Source of the DNA: a virus
Lineage: Duplodnaviria > Caudoviricetes
DNA length: 56,432 bases
Strand: one strand, 5' to 3'
Virus record (IMG/VR): IMGVR_UViG_3300047552_000689
Span: 1 to 56,432 of that record
The notes under the pieces were generated by a model, which was not told the origin of the DNA, ran no database searches, and was given only the letters and a program-made list of their open reading frames with translations. A program made the position numbers and the translations under genes. Positions within the stretch are counted from its first letter, which is position 1. Each line of letters starts with the position of its first letter. Positions 26,213 through 35,023 of this stretch are shown here, piece by piece.

Positions 26213-27291
26213 CCACACTCCACTTTGATGGCTTCGACGACTACGCGACCAAGAGCAACTCGGTCACAGGCATCCAGGGAGGCGGGTGGATTGTCGCGGG
26301 CAACACCCAGGGAGGTTGCACGGTGGGAGGGCGCAACTCCGACTTCACGGCCATGGCTCTGCGCTGTCTCGAGTTCGCCAACCCGACGAGTTCGTTCACC
26401 CAGGACGAACGCGATCTCGGGACCAACTACACCTCCCTGGGAGGCGGCCTGGCGATCTATGCCAACGTCATCCCGCGCGACTGGTACAATGCGACGCTGA
26501 AGGGCGAGCGCATCATGGCCTGGTACGACTCCGCTCGCGTCTACCAGTGCGAGTTGGTGATGGACTGGTTCGGCAGGTTCCACTTCTGCCGTGGCTCCAC
26601 GATCCTCGCCTCGTCCACTCTCTCCAATCCGGCCCATCGCCTCCGCGAGGGTCGCTGGGGCGCGCTCGACTGGGAGATCACCTTCAGTCAGACCGTCGGC
26701 ACCTTCGAGCTCTGGCTCAACGATGTCAAGATCATTGACGCCACTGGTCTCGACAACTGTGACACCGCGAATGCCAACTGCCGCTATGTCCGCCTGAGTA
26801 TCAGCAATGGCCTTGACAGCACTCTGTATGTCGACGATTGGTACATCACCGATGGCGCGCGCCTCGAGCACCCCTTTGTGCTGTCCCTCAAGCCCAACAA
26901 CGATGGCGGTGTGAACGTCTGGACGGCGAGCTCCGGCACCGACGAGTTCGCCATGGTCGACGACCCCACGCCGGACACTGACACGACGTACAACCAGGCC
27001 TCCACCGCTGGTGATGAGAGCCGACATGGCTGCGAGAATCTCCCCTCCTATGTGACAGAGGTTCTCAGCGTGGGTGCCCACGCTCTGCTTCGGAAGACAG
27101 ATGCCACGGCGCGGACGGCGCGCGTGCTGCTGAACTCGAACGGGACCGAGTCGCTTGGGAACACCCACACGTTGACCACGACCTATGGCGGCTCCTGGAT
27201 CAACGCTCTTGACACAGATCCTGACACCGCCGCCGCGTGGACACTCTCCGGAGTCAACGCGCTCGAGGTCGGCTACGAGGTGGTGAGCTAA
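26209..27291 (+). CDS. virion protein, lectin-like beta-sandwich (paralog 2)
   Basis: GFDD N-terminus, W..LDW...G.FELWLND, C-terminal DPDTAAAWT. Confidence 0.6.
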   Translation: MTTLHFDGFDDYATKSNSVTGIQGGGWIVAGNTQGGCTVGGRNSDFTAMALRCLEFANPTSSFTQDERDLGTNYTSLGGGLAIYANVIPRDWYNATLKGERIMAWYDSARVYQCELVMDWFGRFHFCRGSTILASSTLSNPAHRLREGRWGALDWEITFSQTVGTFELWLNDVKIIDATGLDNCDTANANCRYVRLSISNGLDSTLYVDDWYITDGARLEHPFVLSLKPNNDGGVNVWTASSGTDEFAMVDDPTPDTDTTYNQASTAGDESRHGCENLPSYVTEVLSVGAHALLRKTDATARTARVLLNSNGTESLGNTHTLTTTYGGSWINALDTDPDTAAAWTLSGVNALEVGYEVVS

Positions 27292-27458
27292 TGGCAAACG
27301 AGTATCGCGCGACAAAGGCCAATCTTCGCGTCCTGGCCCGCAACGACACCGCCGAGGTGAAGATCTACCACTTCCGCGTGGAGGTCTGGCGTCATCCTGA
27401 CACGGCTGTCTCGACTGGCTCGGGAAGCGGCTCCCGCCGGATGCAGATCATTAGCTAG
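27291..27458 (+). CDS. small protein coupled to tail genes (55 aa)
   Basis: TAATG overlap; MANEYRATKANLRVL... Confidence 0.55.
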   Translation: MANEYRATKANLRVLARNDTAEVKIYHFRVEVWRHPDTAVSTGSGSGSRRMQIIS

Positions 27459-27531
27459 TCTCACCCTGGGGAACCAGAGGTTTGCCCAGGAAGTCAGAAA
27501 TAGGGCATTCTGAGGCCGAAGGAGACACCTC

Positions 27532-28551
27532 ATGTTTGACAAGACCACGGTTTCAGAGATCCAGAAGATCGCAGACGATCTCGAGGTCCCGGCCCCGGCC
27601 CTCCTGGCTGTGGCCGAGGTCGAGTCGGCAGGCGTCGCACAGTGGCAGGTGGGCTCCAAGAAGCTGCCTCCGATCCGCTTCGAGGGCCACTATTTCTACC
27701 GCCTCCTGAAGGGGAAGCAGCGCGACCAGGCCGTCCGAGCAGGTCTCGCCAACCCCAAGGCCGGGGCGGTCAAGAATCCGAACAACTACGCGGCGCGCTA
27801 TGAGATGCTCGCTCGCGCGGCCAAGATCAACAAGGAGGCCGCCTATGCCTCCACCTCCTGGGGTGTGGGCCAGGTCATGGGCGACCACGCCAAGCGCCTC
27901 GGCTTCGGGACTGCCGTCAAGATGGCCTCCAAGTGCATGGAGGACGTGGCCGGGCAGGTGGAGGTGATGGCCGCCTACATCAAGTCCTTCGGCCTCGTCG
28001 ACGAGCTCCAGAGCAAGGGCTGGGCCGCCTTCGCCAAGCAGTACAACGGCAAGAACTACCGGGCGAACCGCTATGACACGAAGATGGCCGCTGCCTTCAA
28101 GCGGTGGTCGAGCAAGGGCATGACGCCCCAGAGGTCGGAGCGTGGTGCGATCGCCGAGCTTCAGCGCAACCTCAAGTCGGTCGGCTTCTACAAGGGCAAG
28201 GTCGATGGCGTCTATGGGCCTCACACTCGGGCCGCCGTCCGGCAGTTCCAGAAGGAGCAGGGCCTGGTCGTCGATGGCAAGTACGGGAAGATGACCGACG
28301 AGGCTCTCGACCGGGTGATCGCCAACAAGCAGCGGGATCGCGGCGAGAAGGCAATCGGCGCGGGCGGTGGGGCGGTGGGCTCCGGCGCTGCCGTCGAGGT
28401 CATCAACAATCAGGTCGAGAAGCTCGAGACGATCAGCCAGTACTCCGACATCATCACCTACGGTGTCATCGCACTGGTGCTGCTCGGCGTTGGCCTCACG
28501 CTCTACGGCTTCATCAAGCGCCGCCGCGCCTATAGCGATGGAGCTGAGTGA
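27532..28551 (+). CDS. endolysin: DUF3380 N-acetylmuramidase + PG-binding domain + C-terminal TM
   Basis: AVAEVESAG, RFEGHYF, STSWG.GQVMG, FA..YNG..Y..N.YD; VDG.YG..T..AV..FQ...GL.VDG; hydrophobic C-terminus. Confidence 0.9.
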   Translation: MFDKTTVSEIQKIADDLEVPAPALLAVAEVESAGVAQWQVGSKKLPPIRFEGHYFYRLLKGKQRDQAVRAGLANPKAGAVKNPNNYAARYEMLARAAKINKEAAYASTSWGVGQVMGDHAKRLGFGTAVKMASKCMEDVAGQVEVMAAYIKSFGLVDELQSKGWAAFAKQYNGKNYRANRYDTKMAAAFKRWSSKGMTPQRSERGAIAELQRNLKSVGFYKGKVDGVYGPHTRAAVRQFQKEQGLVVDGKYGKMTDEALDRVIANKQRDRGEKAIGAGGGAVGSGAAVEVINNQVEKLETISQYSDIITYGVIALVLLGVGLTLYGFIKRRRAYSDGAE

Positions 28552-28976
28552 TGTTCTTCAGCTTCATCGCCTTCATCCTCACCAAGTTCGTCAGCCCCCT
28601 GGGCCTCAGCTTCCTCGAGCCGCTCCTCAACTTCTTCAACGCGAGAGAGGCCGCTGGGGTCGCCAAGACCGGGCAGTTCACGACCGCGCTGCAATCGGCT
28701 CTCGACGCCGAGGTGCAGTCGCGCCGGATCGCCTCGCAGGAGCGAGTCGCGCTCTGGGGAGATACCTGGTACAAGCTCCTGATATATCTAATCGTCGGCC
28801 CTCCTGCTATATACAGTGGTGCAGTCTTCGCCGACTCGGTCTTCAACTTTGACTTTGTAGTGAATGCCGCACCAGCTCGCTTCGAGGAGTTGGGATTCGG
28901 CATCCTCATGACCTTCATCGGCGCGTCTGGAGCGGTCGGTGCAGTCTCAGGATTGAAGGGCATTTGGAGAAAGTGA
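28548..28976 (+). CDS. multi-TM holin-like protein
   Basis: Three hydrophobic segments, basic C-terminus, coupled to the endolysin. Confidence 0.55.
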   Translation: MMFFSFIAFILTKFVSPLGLSFLEPLLNFFNAREAAGVAKTGQFTTALQSALDAEVQSRRIASQERVALWGDTWYKLLIYLIVGPPAIYSGAVFADSVFNFDFVVNAAPARFEELGFGILMTFIGASGAVGAVSGLKGIWRK

Positions 28977-29242
28977 TGGCGGAACGAGAGAAGATGATCA
29001 ACCTCACGCAAGATGAACTCAAGGCAATCGTGTCAACCACGGTTGACGAGGTGCTCACTCGCATCGGTATCGATCACAGCAACCCGGTTGAGATGCAGAA
29101 GGACTTCGCTCACCTGCGCAAGTGGCGCGGGGCGGTGGACACTGCCCAGTCGACATCCATGCTGGCCGCCCTCGGCATCCTCACCAGCGGCTTCCTGGCC
29201 GCGCTGTGGCTTGGTCTCAAGTCAATGATCCTGGAGAAATAA
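28976..29242 (+). CDS. single-TM lysis-region protein
   Basis: EMQKDF.HLR.WR followed by a C-terminal TM. Confidence 0.55.
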   Translation: MAEREKMINLTQDELKAIVSTTVDEVLTRIGIDHSNPVEMQKDFAHLRKWRGAVDTAQSTSMLAALGILTSGFLAALWLGLKSMILEK

Positions 29243-29244
29243 GA

Positions 29245-30843
29245 ATGAGTGGAGCAGATGTGAAGGGCCTGGACTCGAAGAAGGTCTGGGAGAAGTACCT
29301 CGAGCTCGATCGGAACATCTCAGCGACAGCTCGTCACTTCAAGATCACAAGGCCCACTGTCCTCTACCACCTCCGCAAGATGCCTGGCTTCGGCAAGCCT
29401 GTGATCGGTGGCAAGGTCCATGGCACTCGCGCCGTCAAGGCCGCCCCCTCTGGGGCTGTCCGCCGCTACATCCTCACCTCGGCGCAGAACAACACACTGG
29501 TCCCAGAAAAGCTCTGGGAGAACCTGATGGCGCTGAAGGAGTTCTACCAGGCCGAGCTCATGATCGGCACCTTCACCTACAACAAGAATGCCTACGGTCC
29601 CATGTCCGTCAAGTGGGGAACGGACGATGCCCCAGAGGAGCTCTGGTACGACGAGCGTCTACTTCCTTATATCCGTGATGAACGGGTTGAGCTCGCCAAG
29701 GGATTGGTGTGGTGCGGGGAAATGAACATCCTGCCAACTGCCGTCCGGCCTCTCTCCGAACTTCACACTTACACCGGGATGGACTCCGGCATCTTTCCCC
29801 ATGCCAAGATTGCCCTGAAATGCGTTGCGACAGCGAAGTCGGAGCCGCCCAAGTTCAACTACACAACGGGCGCTTGCACGATGCGCAACTACATCAAGAA
29901 ACTCGCCGGACTTCGGGCAGAGTTTCACCACACGTATGGTGCCCTCCTCGTAGAAGTTGACGTTGACGGCGTGTGGTTCGTCCGTCAGCTTAACGCTGAC
30001 AGCAAGTGGCGCATTCATGACCTCGACGTAGTCGCCGAAGGTGGGGTTGTGCAGACAGACGTTGACGTCGAGGGGATGGTGTGGGGCGATGTACACACGC
30101 CTCGTACAGATGATCAACTCATTGAAGTGTGCTGGGGAAGCGGTGGGATTCTCGATGAACTTCGTCCACGCCATCAGGTCTTTCATGATCTCCTCGATTT
30201 CTACGGGCGCAATCACCACGAGGTGAAGAACCACGTCAAGATGTTCAAGCGGTACGTCAACGGCCAAGACTCGGTCGTCGATGAGATCCGCGCGGCGGCT
30301 GCCTTCCTCGACAAGGCCTACCGTCCATGGTGTACCAGCGTCGTTGTCAACAGCAATCATGACCGGGCACTCGAGCGCTGGGTCGTCGACGCGGACTACA
30401 AGAAGGATCCCAAGAACGCCCTGTTCTACTTGAGAGCAACTGCCGCCTGGTACGAGGCCATCGCCAAGGGAGACACCAACTTCCTCCTGCTCGAGTGGGT
30501 GATGGAGGAGGCCGGGCTCGTCAACGACACCAGGTTCCTCCGCCTCGACGAGAGCTACACCATCCTCGACATCGAGCACGGCTTCCACGGCGACCTGGGG
30601 CCGAACGGGACCAAGGGCGACGCCCGCTCGCTCAGCCACATGGGGCGCAAGCTAACGATGGCCGACAAGCACACTGCCGAGATCCATGATGGCGTCTATG
30701 TCGCGGGCACCTCGTCCCGGCTCGACATGGGCTACAACCATGGTCCATCGTCCTGGAGCCACAGCCACGTGGTCCTCTATCGCAACGGCAAGCGTGCCAT
30801 CATCACCATGCGAGACGGTCGCTGGCGTGTTCCACGCTCCTGA
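29245..30843 (+). CDS. T5 A1-like protein: N-terminal HTH + metallophosphoesterase/nuclease
   Basis: ILTSAQNNT, EMNILPTAVRPLS, GDVH, HDLLD, SNHD, HGDLGPNG, GPSSWS; NISATARHFKITRPTV HTH. Confidence 0.75.
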   Translation: MSGADVKGLDSKKVWEKYLELDRNISATARHFKITRPTVLYHLRKMPGFGKPVIGGKVHGTRAVKAAPSGAVRRYILTSAQNNTLVPEKLWENLMALKEFYQAELMIGTFTYNKNAYGPMSVKWGTDDAPEELWYDERLLPYIRDERVELAKGLVWCGEMNILPTAVRPLSELHTYTGMDSGIFPHAKIALKCVATAKSEPPKFNYTTGACTMRNYIKKLAGLRAEFHHTYGALLVEVDVDGVWFVRQLNADSKWRIHDLDVVAEGGVVQTDVDVEGMVWGDVHTPRTDDQLIEVCWGSGGILDELRPRHQVFHDLLDFYGRNHHEVKNHVKMFKRYVNGQDSVVDEIRAAAAFLDKAYRPWCTSVVVNSNHDRALERWVVDADYKKDPKNALFYLRATAAWYEAIAKGDTNFLLLEWVMEEAGLVNDTRFLRLDESYTILDIEHGFHGDLGPNGTKGDARSLSHMGRKLTMADKHTAEIHDGVYVAGTSSRLDMGYNHGPSSWSHSHVVLYRNGKRAIITMRDGRWRVPRS

Positions 30844-31067
30844 CATGAGTTCGCTGAGTATGCTGCTCATTGAGGCCTATTGCCTCTTTACCCTGCATCC
30901 CCCTGGGGTTGAGGTCTACACCCTATCGAACTGGGCCCAGGGGGCGCGTGGGTTGGGTGGCTAGGGTGTGGGCTATTTACTCTCTTCTCTCCTCTCTTAA
31001 AGAGAGTAGAGTAATTAGAGCTAACCCCAAGTCACCACTTGTATAGACCTGGCTCGGCCGCCTCCTC
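30844..31067. other. non-coding region, candidate replication origin
   Basis: G-tract cluster 30933-30972 followed by AT-rich nested inverted repeat 30977-31014, between late and replication modules. Confidence 0.45.
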
Positions 31068-32717
31068 ATGGACACTCAACGAACTCATCTCCAGGGACAG
31101 CAGCAAACTGACGCCCAGGGAGAGCTGCTGGGCTATGCAGAGGCCATGGCCCCATTCACCTACAAGACCAAGCCACTTGACCACCAGCGCGCTCACTTCG
31201 AGAAGCACGCTCGCGAGGCGAGGTTCGCCCTGCTCTGGGAGCAAGGCACTGGCAAGACGAAGGAGATGATCGACGAGCTCGCGCTGATGATCGCTGAGAA
31301 GCGGATCGGTTGCATCCTGCTCGTCGCGCCGAATGGCGTCCATCGGAACTGGCTCACCGACGAGATCCCTAAGCACATGCCAGACGAGATCCGCGATCGG
31401 ATCCACCCGTTCATCTACCAGAGCAACAAGGCCTCGACCAAGTGGCACAAGCGCGCGCTGGACCGCTGCGTCGGCATCGATGGCAAGCTGCCGATGCTGA
31501 TCTTCAGCTACGATGGCTTCATGACCGACGCGGGCAAGAAGGCAGCTTGGCGACTGCTGCAGCGTGGCGACTGCTGCTACATCCTCGACGAGGCGCACCA
31601 CATCAAGACCCCAGGGGCGAAGAAGACCAAGTCGATCCTGGCCTCGTCCAAGTACGCGCCCGTCCGCCGCATCATGACGGGCACTCCGATCGCCGTTGGA
31701 CCGTTCGACCTCTACAGCCAGCTCAAGTTCATCGACGAGCACATCTGGGATGACATCGGCTGCTCGACCTTCGCAGCGTACAAGACGTTCTTTGGCGTCT
31801 GGGAGAAGGGCTACAACAAGAAGCAGGGCCGCGAGTTCCCGATCCTGGTCCGCTACCGGAACCTCGACATCCTGCAGAAGAAGCTGGACAAGATCTCGAC
31901 GCGCGTGCTGAAAGACGACGTCCTCGATCTGCCGCCGAAGCTCTTCACGACGCGGTACTATGAGATGACGCGCCAGCAGGCCGAGATCTACGAGACGCTG
32001 AAGAGCGAGTTCATGTACGACCACGGGAACGGCAAGTTCACCAATGCCAGCCTCGCGATCGTCCGGCTGCTTCGCTTCCAGCAGGTTCTCTGTGGCTACC
32101 TGCCCTTCGAGGACGAGCTCGGGAACCGTGGCGTCGAAGTGATCCCAGGAGGCAACCCGAGGCTCGACTTGCTCCACGAGTGCATCGAGGATCTGCCTCA
32201 TCAGGCCATCATCTGGGCGCGCTTCACCAAGGACATCGACCTCATCCTCGACCGGATCAAGGCGATGGGGAAGAGGGCCGGGCGCTATGATGGGCAGTGT
32301 GGAAGCGACGAGCTCGAGCGAACCAAGCGCGGCTTCAACGCGGGCGAGCTCGACTTCTTCGTCGGCAACCAGAGCATGGGCTCCGAGGGCCTCACCCTGA
32401 ACGCTGGCAAGTCGACGATCTACTACAACAACACCTTCCGCTACATCCACCGCAGGCAGAGCGAGGATCGCAACCACCGCTTCGGCCAGGACGGCGCGGT
32501 CCACGAGTTCGAGGCTCTGCCCGACGATCCATACGCGGCATTCCGCGAGCCGGGCGAGGTGCAGCGGACTCCCTCTGGGCCAGTTCGGGGCGTCCTGTAT
32601 ACAGACCTGATTGCCCAAGACACGGTGGACGAGCACTTTGTACGCAACCTGCTCGCCAAGCAGGCGCTGTCCGATCAGATCACTGGTGATCGCGTGAAGG
32701 AGTGGCTGTCGATATGA
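31068..32717 (+). CDS. SNF2-family helicase (start may be ATG 31146)
   Basis: EQGTGKT, DEAH, MTGTP, GLTL, QSEDRNHRFGQ. Confidence 0.9.
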   Translation: MDTQRTHLQGQQQTDAQGELLGYAEAMAPFTYKTKPLDHQRAHFEKHAREARFALLWEQGTGKTKEMIDELALMIAEKRIGCILLVAPNGVHRNWLTDEIPKHMPDEIRDRIHPFIYQSNKASTKWHKRALDRCVGIDGKLPMLIFSYDGFMTDAGKKAAWRLLQRGDCCYILDEAHHIKTPGAKKTKSILASSKYAPVRRIMTGTPIAVGPFDLYSQLKFIDEHIWDDIGCSTFAAYKTFFGVWEKGYNKKQGREFPILVRYRNLDILQKKLDKISTRVLKDDVLDLPPKLFTTRYYEMTRQQAEIYETLKSEFMYDHGNGKFTNASLAIVRLLRFQQVLCGYLPFEDELGNRGVEVIPGGNPRLDLLHECIEDLPHQAIIWARFTKDIDLILDRIKAMGKRAGRYDGQCGSDELERTKRGFNAGELDFFVGNQSMGSEGLTLNAGKSTIYYNNTFRYIHRRQSEDRNHRFGQDGAVHEFEALPDDPYAAFREPGEVQRTPSGPVRGVLYTDLIAQDTVDEHFVRNLLAKQALSDQITGDRVKEWLSI

Positions 32718-33019
32718 CCAAGAGAGCGCAGGGCCGAGGCACCGTCTCAGTGCAGCACAAGACGAGCGACGACCTAACCGATCACGAGCTCGCATGGGTG
32801 GCCGAGGTCGAATACACGACCGACTACGAGCCATTCGGCAGCACCTATGTTCCCAGAGAGTCAGCTGAGATGCTCGAGGGCCACTGGGAGTGGGACGGCG
32901 AGGAGAAGGCCGAGTGGTGGATCAACAGCAGGCTGCTGATGATGGGCTACAAGATCGAGGAAGTGGGCCAGCTCAAGACGCGGGCCACCGAAAACTGGAA
33001 AGCAGAGGAAGCATTCTGA
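32714..33019 (+). CDS. hypothetical protein
   Basis: Coupled on both sides; acidic and Trp-rich. Confidence 0.55.
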   Translation: MTKRAQGRGTVSVQHKTSDDLTDHELAWVAEVEYTTDYEPFGSTYVPRESAEMLEGHWEWDGEEKAEWWINSRLLMMGYKIEEVGQLKTRATENWKAEEAF

Positions 33020-33567
33020 TGACACACGACTACAGCGAGTTCGCCACTCCGATCGGCGACAACAGCATGGCTCGGCTCTCTGGGCTCGCCAAGCTGCAGA
33101 AGGAGCGCGAGCAGCGCGTGGCCGAATTGCAGCGCCAGCTCCAGGAGGCCCAGGACGAGCTCGAGCAGATCGCGGGCAAGGAGTTGCCCGAGCTCATGCA
33201 GGATCTCCGCCTGGAGAACTTCACCACGTCCGATGGCATCACCATCAACATCAAGGAGAGCATCCACTGCTCGATCCCCAAGGCGCGCCAGGACGAGGCA
33301 TTCGAGTGGCTCGAGAAGGCGGGCGACGATGGCATGGTCAAGCGCAAGTTCATCATCGCGTTCAACCGCGACGAGGAGGCCTGGGCCAACAAGTTCCGCG
33401 CCGATCTGGCCAAGCGGAAGAAGCCCGTCAACGCCATCATCGAGCGCAAGGTCGAGCCGCCGACTCTCAAGAGCTACGTGACCAAGAAGCTCGAGGCGGG
33501 CGAGCCGATCCCGCAGGAATTGTTCGGCGTCCACCGTCGGAAGATCGCAACAGTAGAGGTGAAGTGA
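33019..33567 (+). CDS. conserved replication-module coiled-coil protein
   Basis: LPELM....F...DG, AFEWL...G....K, V.P.TLK motifs; TGATG coupling. Confidence 0.65.
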   Translation: MTHDYSEFATPIGDNSMARLSGLAKLQKEREQRVAELQRQLQEAQDELEQIAGKELPELMQDLRLENFTTSDGITINIKESIHCSIPKARQDEAFEWLEKAGDDGMVKRKFIIAFNRDEEAWANKFRADLAKRKKPVNAIIERKVEPPTLKSYVTKKLEAGEPIPQELFGVHRRKIATVEVK

Positions 33568-33728
33568 TGGCAAAGAAAGCCAAGAAGCCTGAGAAGACCA
33601 AGGACGAGCTCCGGAATGTATATCCGGATGATGGTCGCACGCACTCGGTGGGCGAAGAACCCTGCTGGTGCGAGCCCAAGGAGGTCGACGGTCAGCGGAT
33701 CCACAATCCTGGCGGGCAGACTGTTTAG
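33567..33728 (+). CDS. small protein with H...CWC.P...H motif
   Basis: TGATG coupling, GAGG RBS. Confidence 0.5.
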   Translation: MAKKAKKPEKTKDELRNVYPDDGRTHSVGEEPCWCEPKEVDGQRIHNPGGQTV

Positions 33729-33851
33729 GAGACCCAGCGCCCCCTCCCTGGGGCATGCTCCACATTGACCGCGCTGGGCGGTATATCCCAGCAAGACGGC
33801 CGATGCACGGAGCGGCCATAAAAGTCTCCCTGCGAACAGAAGGAGGCCCAT

Positions 33852-34667
33852 ATGGGCAACAAGTCTAAGGCCGTCGCCACGGCTGAAAACAAGGCGCTTG
33901 CACCTGTCTACGACTACGGCGACGACGCCGGGGCTGGCTTCGAGGGGACGAAGTCAACCGACCTTGCAATCCCCTTCCTCAATGTCATGCAGTCCAACTC
34001 GCCCTCGGTCGCCGATGGCGTGAACAAGAACGGTGACATCGTCAACTCCGTGACTGGCGAAGTCTGGTCCGGCGACGAAGGAATCCCCTTCCAGGCAGTC
34101 CACCGCGAGCGCAAGTTCGTCAAGTGGAAGCCGCGCGACCAGGGCGGTGGCTTGATCGCCGTCTACGACCCGGAAGACCCCTACGTCGAGAAGGTCAAGT
34201 CGATGAACGCCTCGACCTACGGCAAGCTGAAGACCGAGGACGGCAACGAGCTCATCGAGACTCACTACGTCTACGGCCTCATCCTGAACAACGAGGGCAC
34301 CGAGCAGAATGGCTTCGCTCTCATGGCCTTCACCAGCACCAAGATCACCCCGTGGAAGAAGTGGTTCACGGCCATGAACTTGGTCAAGGGGAAGCCGCCC
34401 ATCTTCGCCTTCCGGGCGCGGATGACCACGACGAATGAGAAGAACGACAAGGGTCAGGCCTACAAGGGCGTCGACTTCAAGCCCCTGATCGGCAAGACCT
34501 GGGTTGACACTCTCATCCCGCCGACCGACCCCATGATGCTCGAGGCCAAGAACCTCCGCGACATGATTCTCTCTGGCATTGCCAAGGCTGACTTCAGCGC
34601 TCAGGAGCGTGGGCCTGAGGGAGACGCCGCTGGCAAGACTGGTGGTGAGAAAGAGGTGCCGTTCTAG
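33852..34667 (+). CDS. putative ssDNA-binding/annealing protein
   Basis: DLAIPFL.VMQ.NSP, W.PR..GGG, ETH; C-terminal tail ending EVPF; strong RBS. Confidence 0.6.
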   Translation: MGNKSKAVATAENKALAPVYDYGDDAGAGFEGTKSTDLAIPFLNVMQSNSPSVADGVNKNGDIVNSVTGEVWSGDEGIPFQAVHRERKFVKWKPRDQGGGLIAVYDPEDPYVEKVKSMNASTYGKLKTEDGNELIETHYVYGLILNNEGTEQNGFALMAFTSTKITPWKKWFTAMNLVKGKPPIFAFRARMTTTNEKNDKGQAYKGVDFKPLIGKTWVDTLIPPTDPMMLEAKNLRDMILSGIAKADFSAQERGPEGDAAGKTGGEKEVPF

Positions 34668-34700
34668 TCGTTCCGCCCCTGCTTCCCGACTAGAACAACA

Positions 34701-34725
34701 GGGGGTGGTCTCATGGGCCACCCCC
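34701..34725 (+). terminator. hairpin
   Basis: GGGGGTGG...CCACCCCC after the SSB-like gene. Confidence 0.45.
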
Positions 34726-34744
34726 ACTTCATCAGGAGACCATC

Positions 34745-35023
34745 ATGGTTGGAACTTTCAAGAGCATGTTTCGTGGTGGCGTCGCGCCGCCGAGCATCAA
34801 TCACATACTGAGCCAGATGAAGTGGCTCGGGGGACCAGAGATTCCAGAGGAGCCGCGCCGCCTCCGCCTGGGCGAGGGTCCAGTCAATGGCATCCCCAAG
34901 GGCTCCTGGGGACGTCGCGTCGGCGCGTGGGAGGTCGACCCTGACAACCCCAACCGCCTCCGGGCCTTCCACTACACCAAGGGGTGGCGCTACCAGAGGA
35001 ACCCCGATGCAGTGGTCTCCTGA
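34745..35023 (+). CDS. hypothetical protein
   Basis: AGGAG RBS; C-terminal HYTKGWR. Confidence 0.55.
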   Translation: MVGTFKSMFRGGVAPPSINHILSQMKWLGGPEIPEEPRRLRLGEGPVNGIPKGSWGRRVGAWEVDPDNPNRLRAFHYTKGWRYQRNPDAVVS

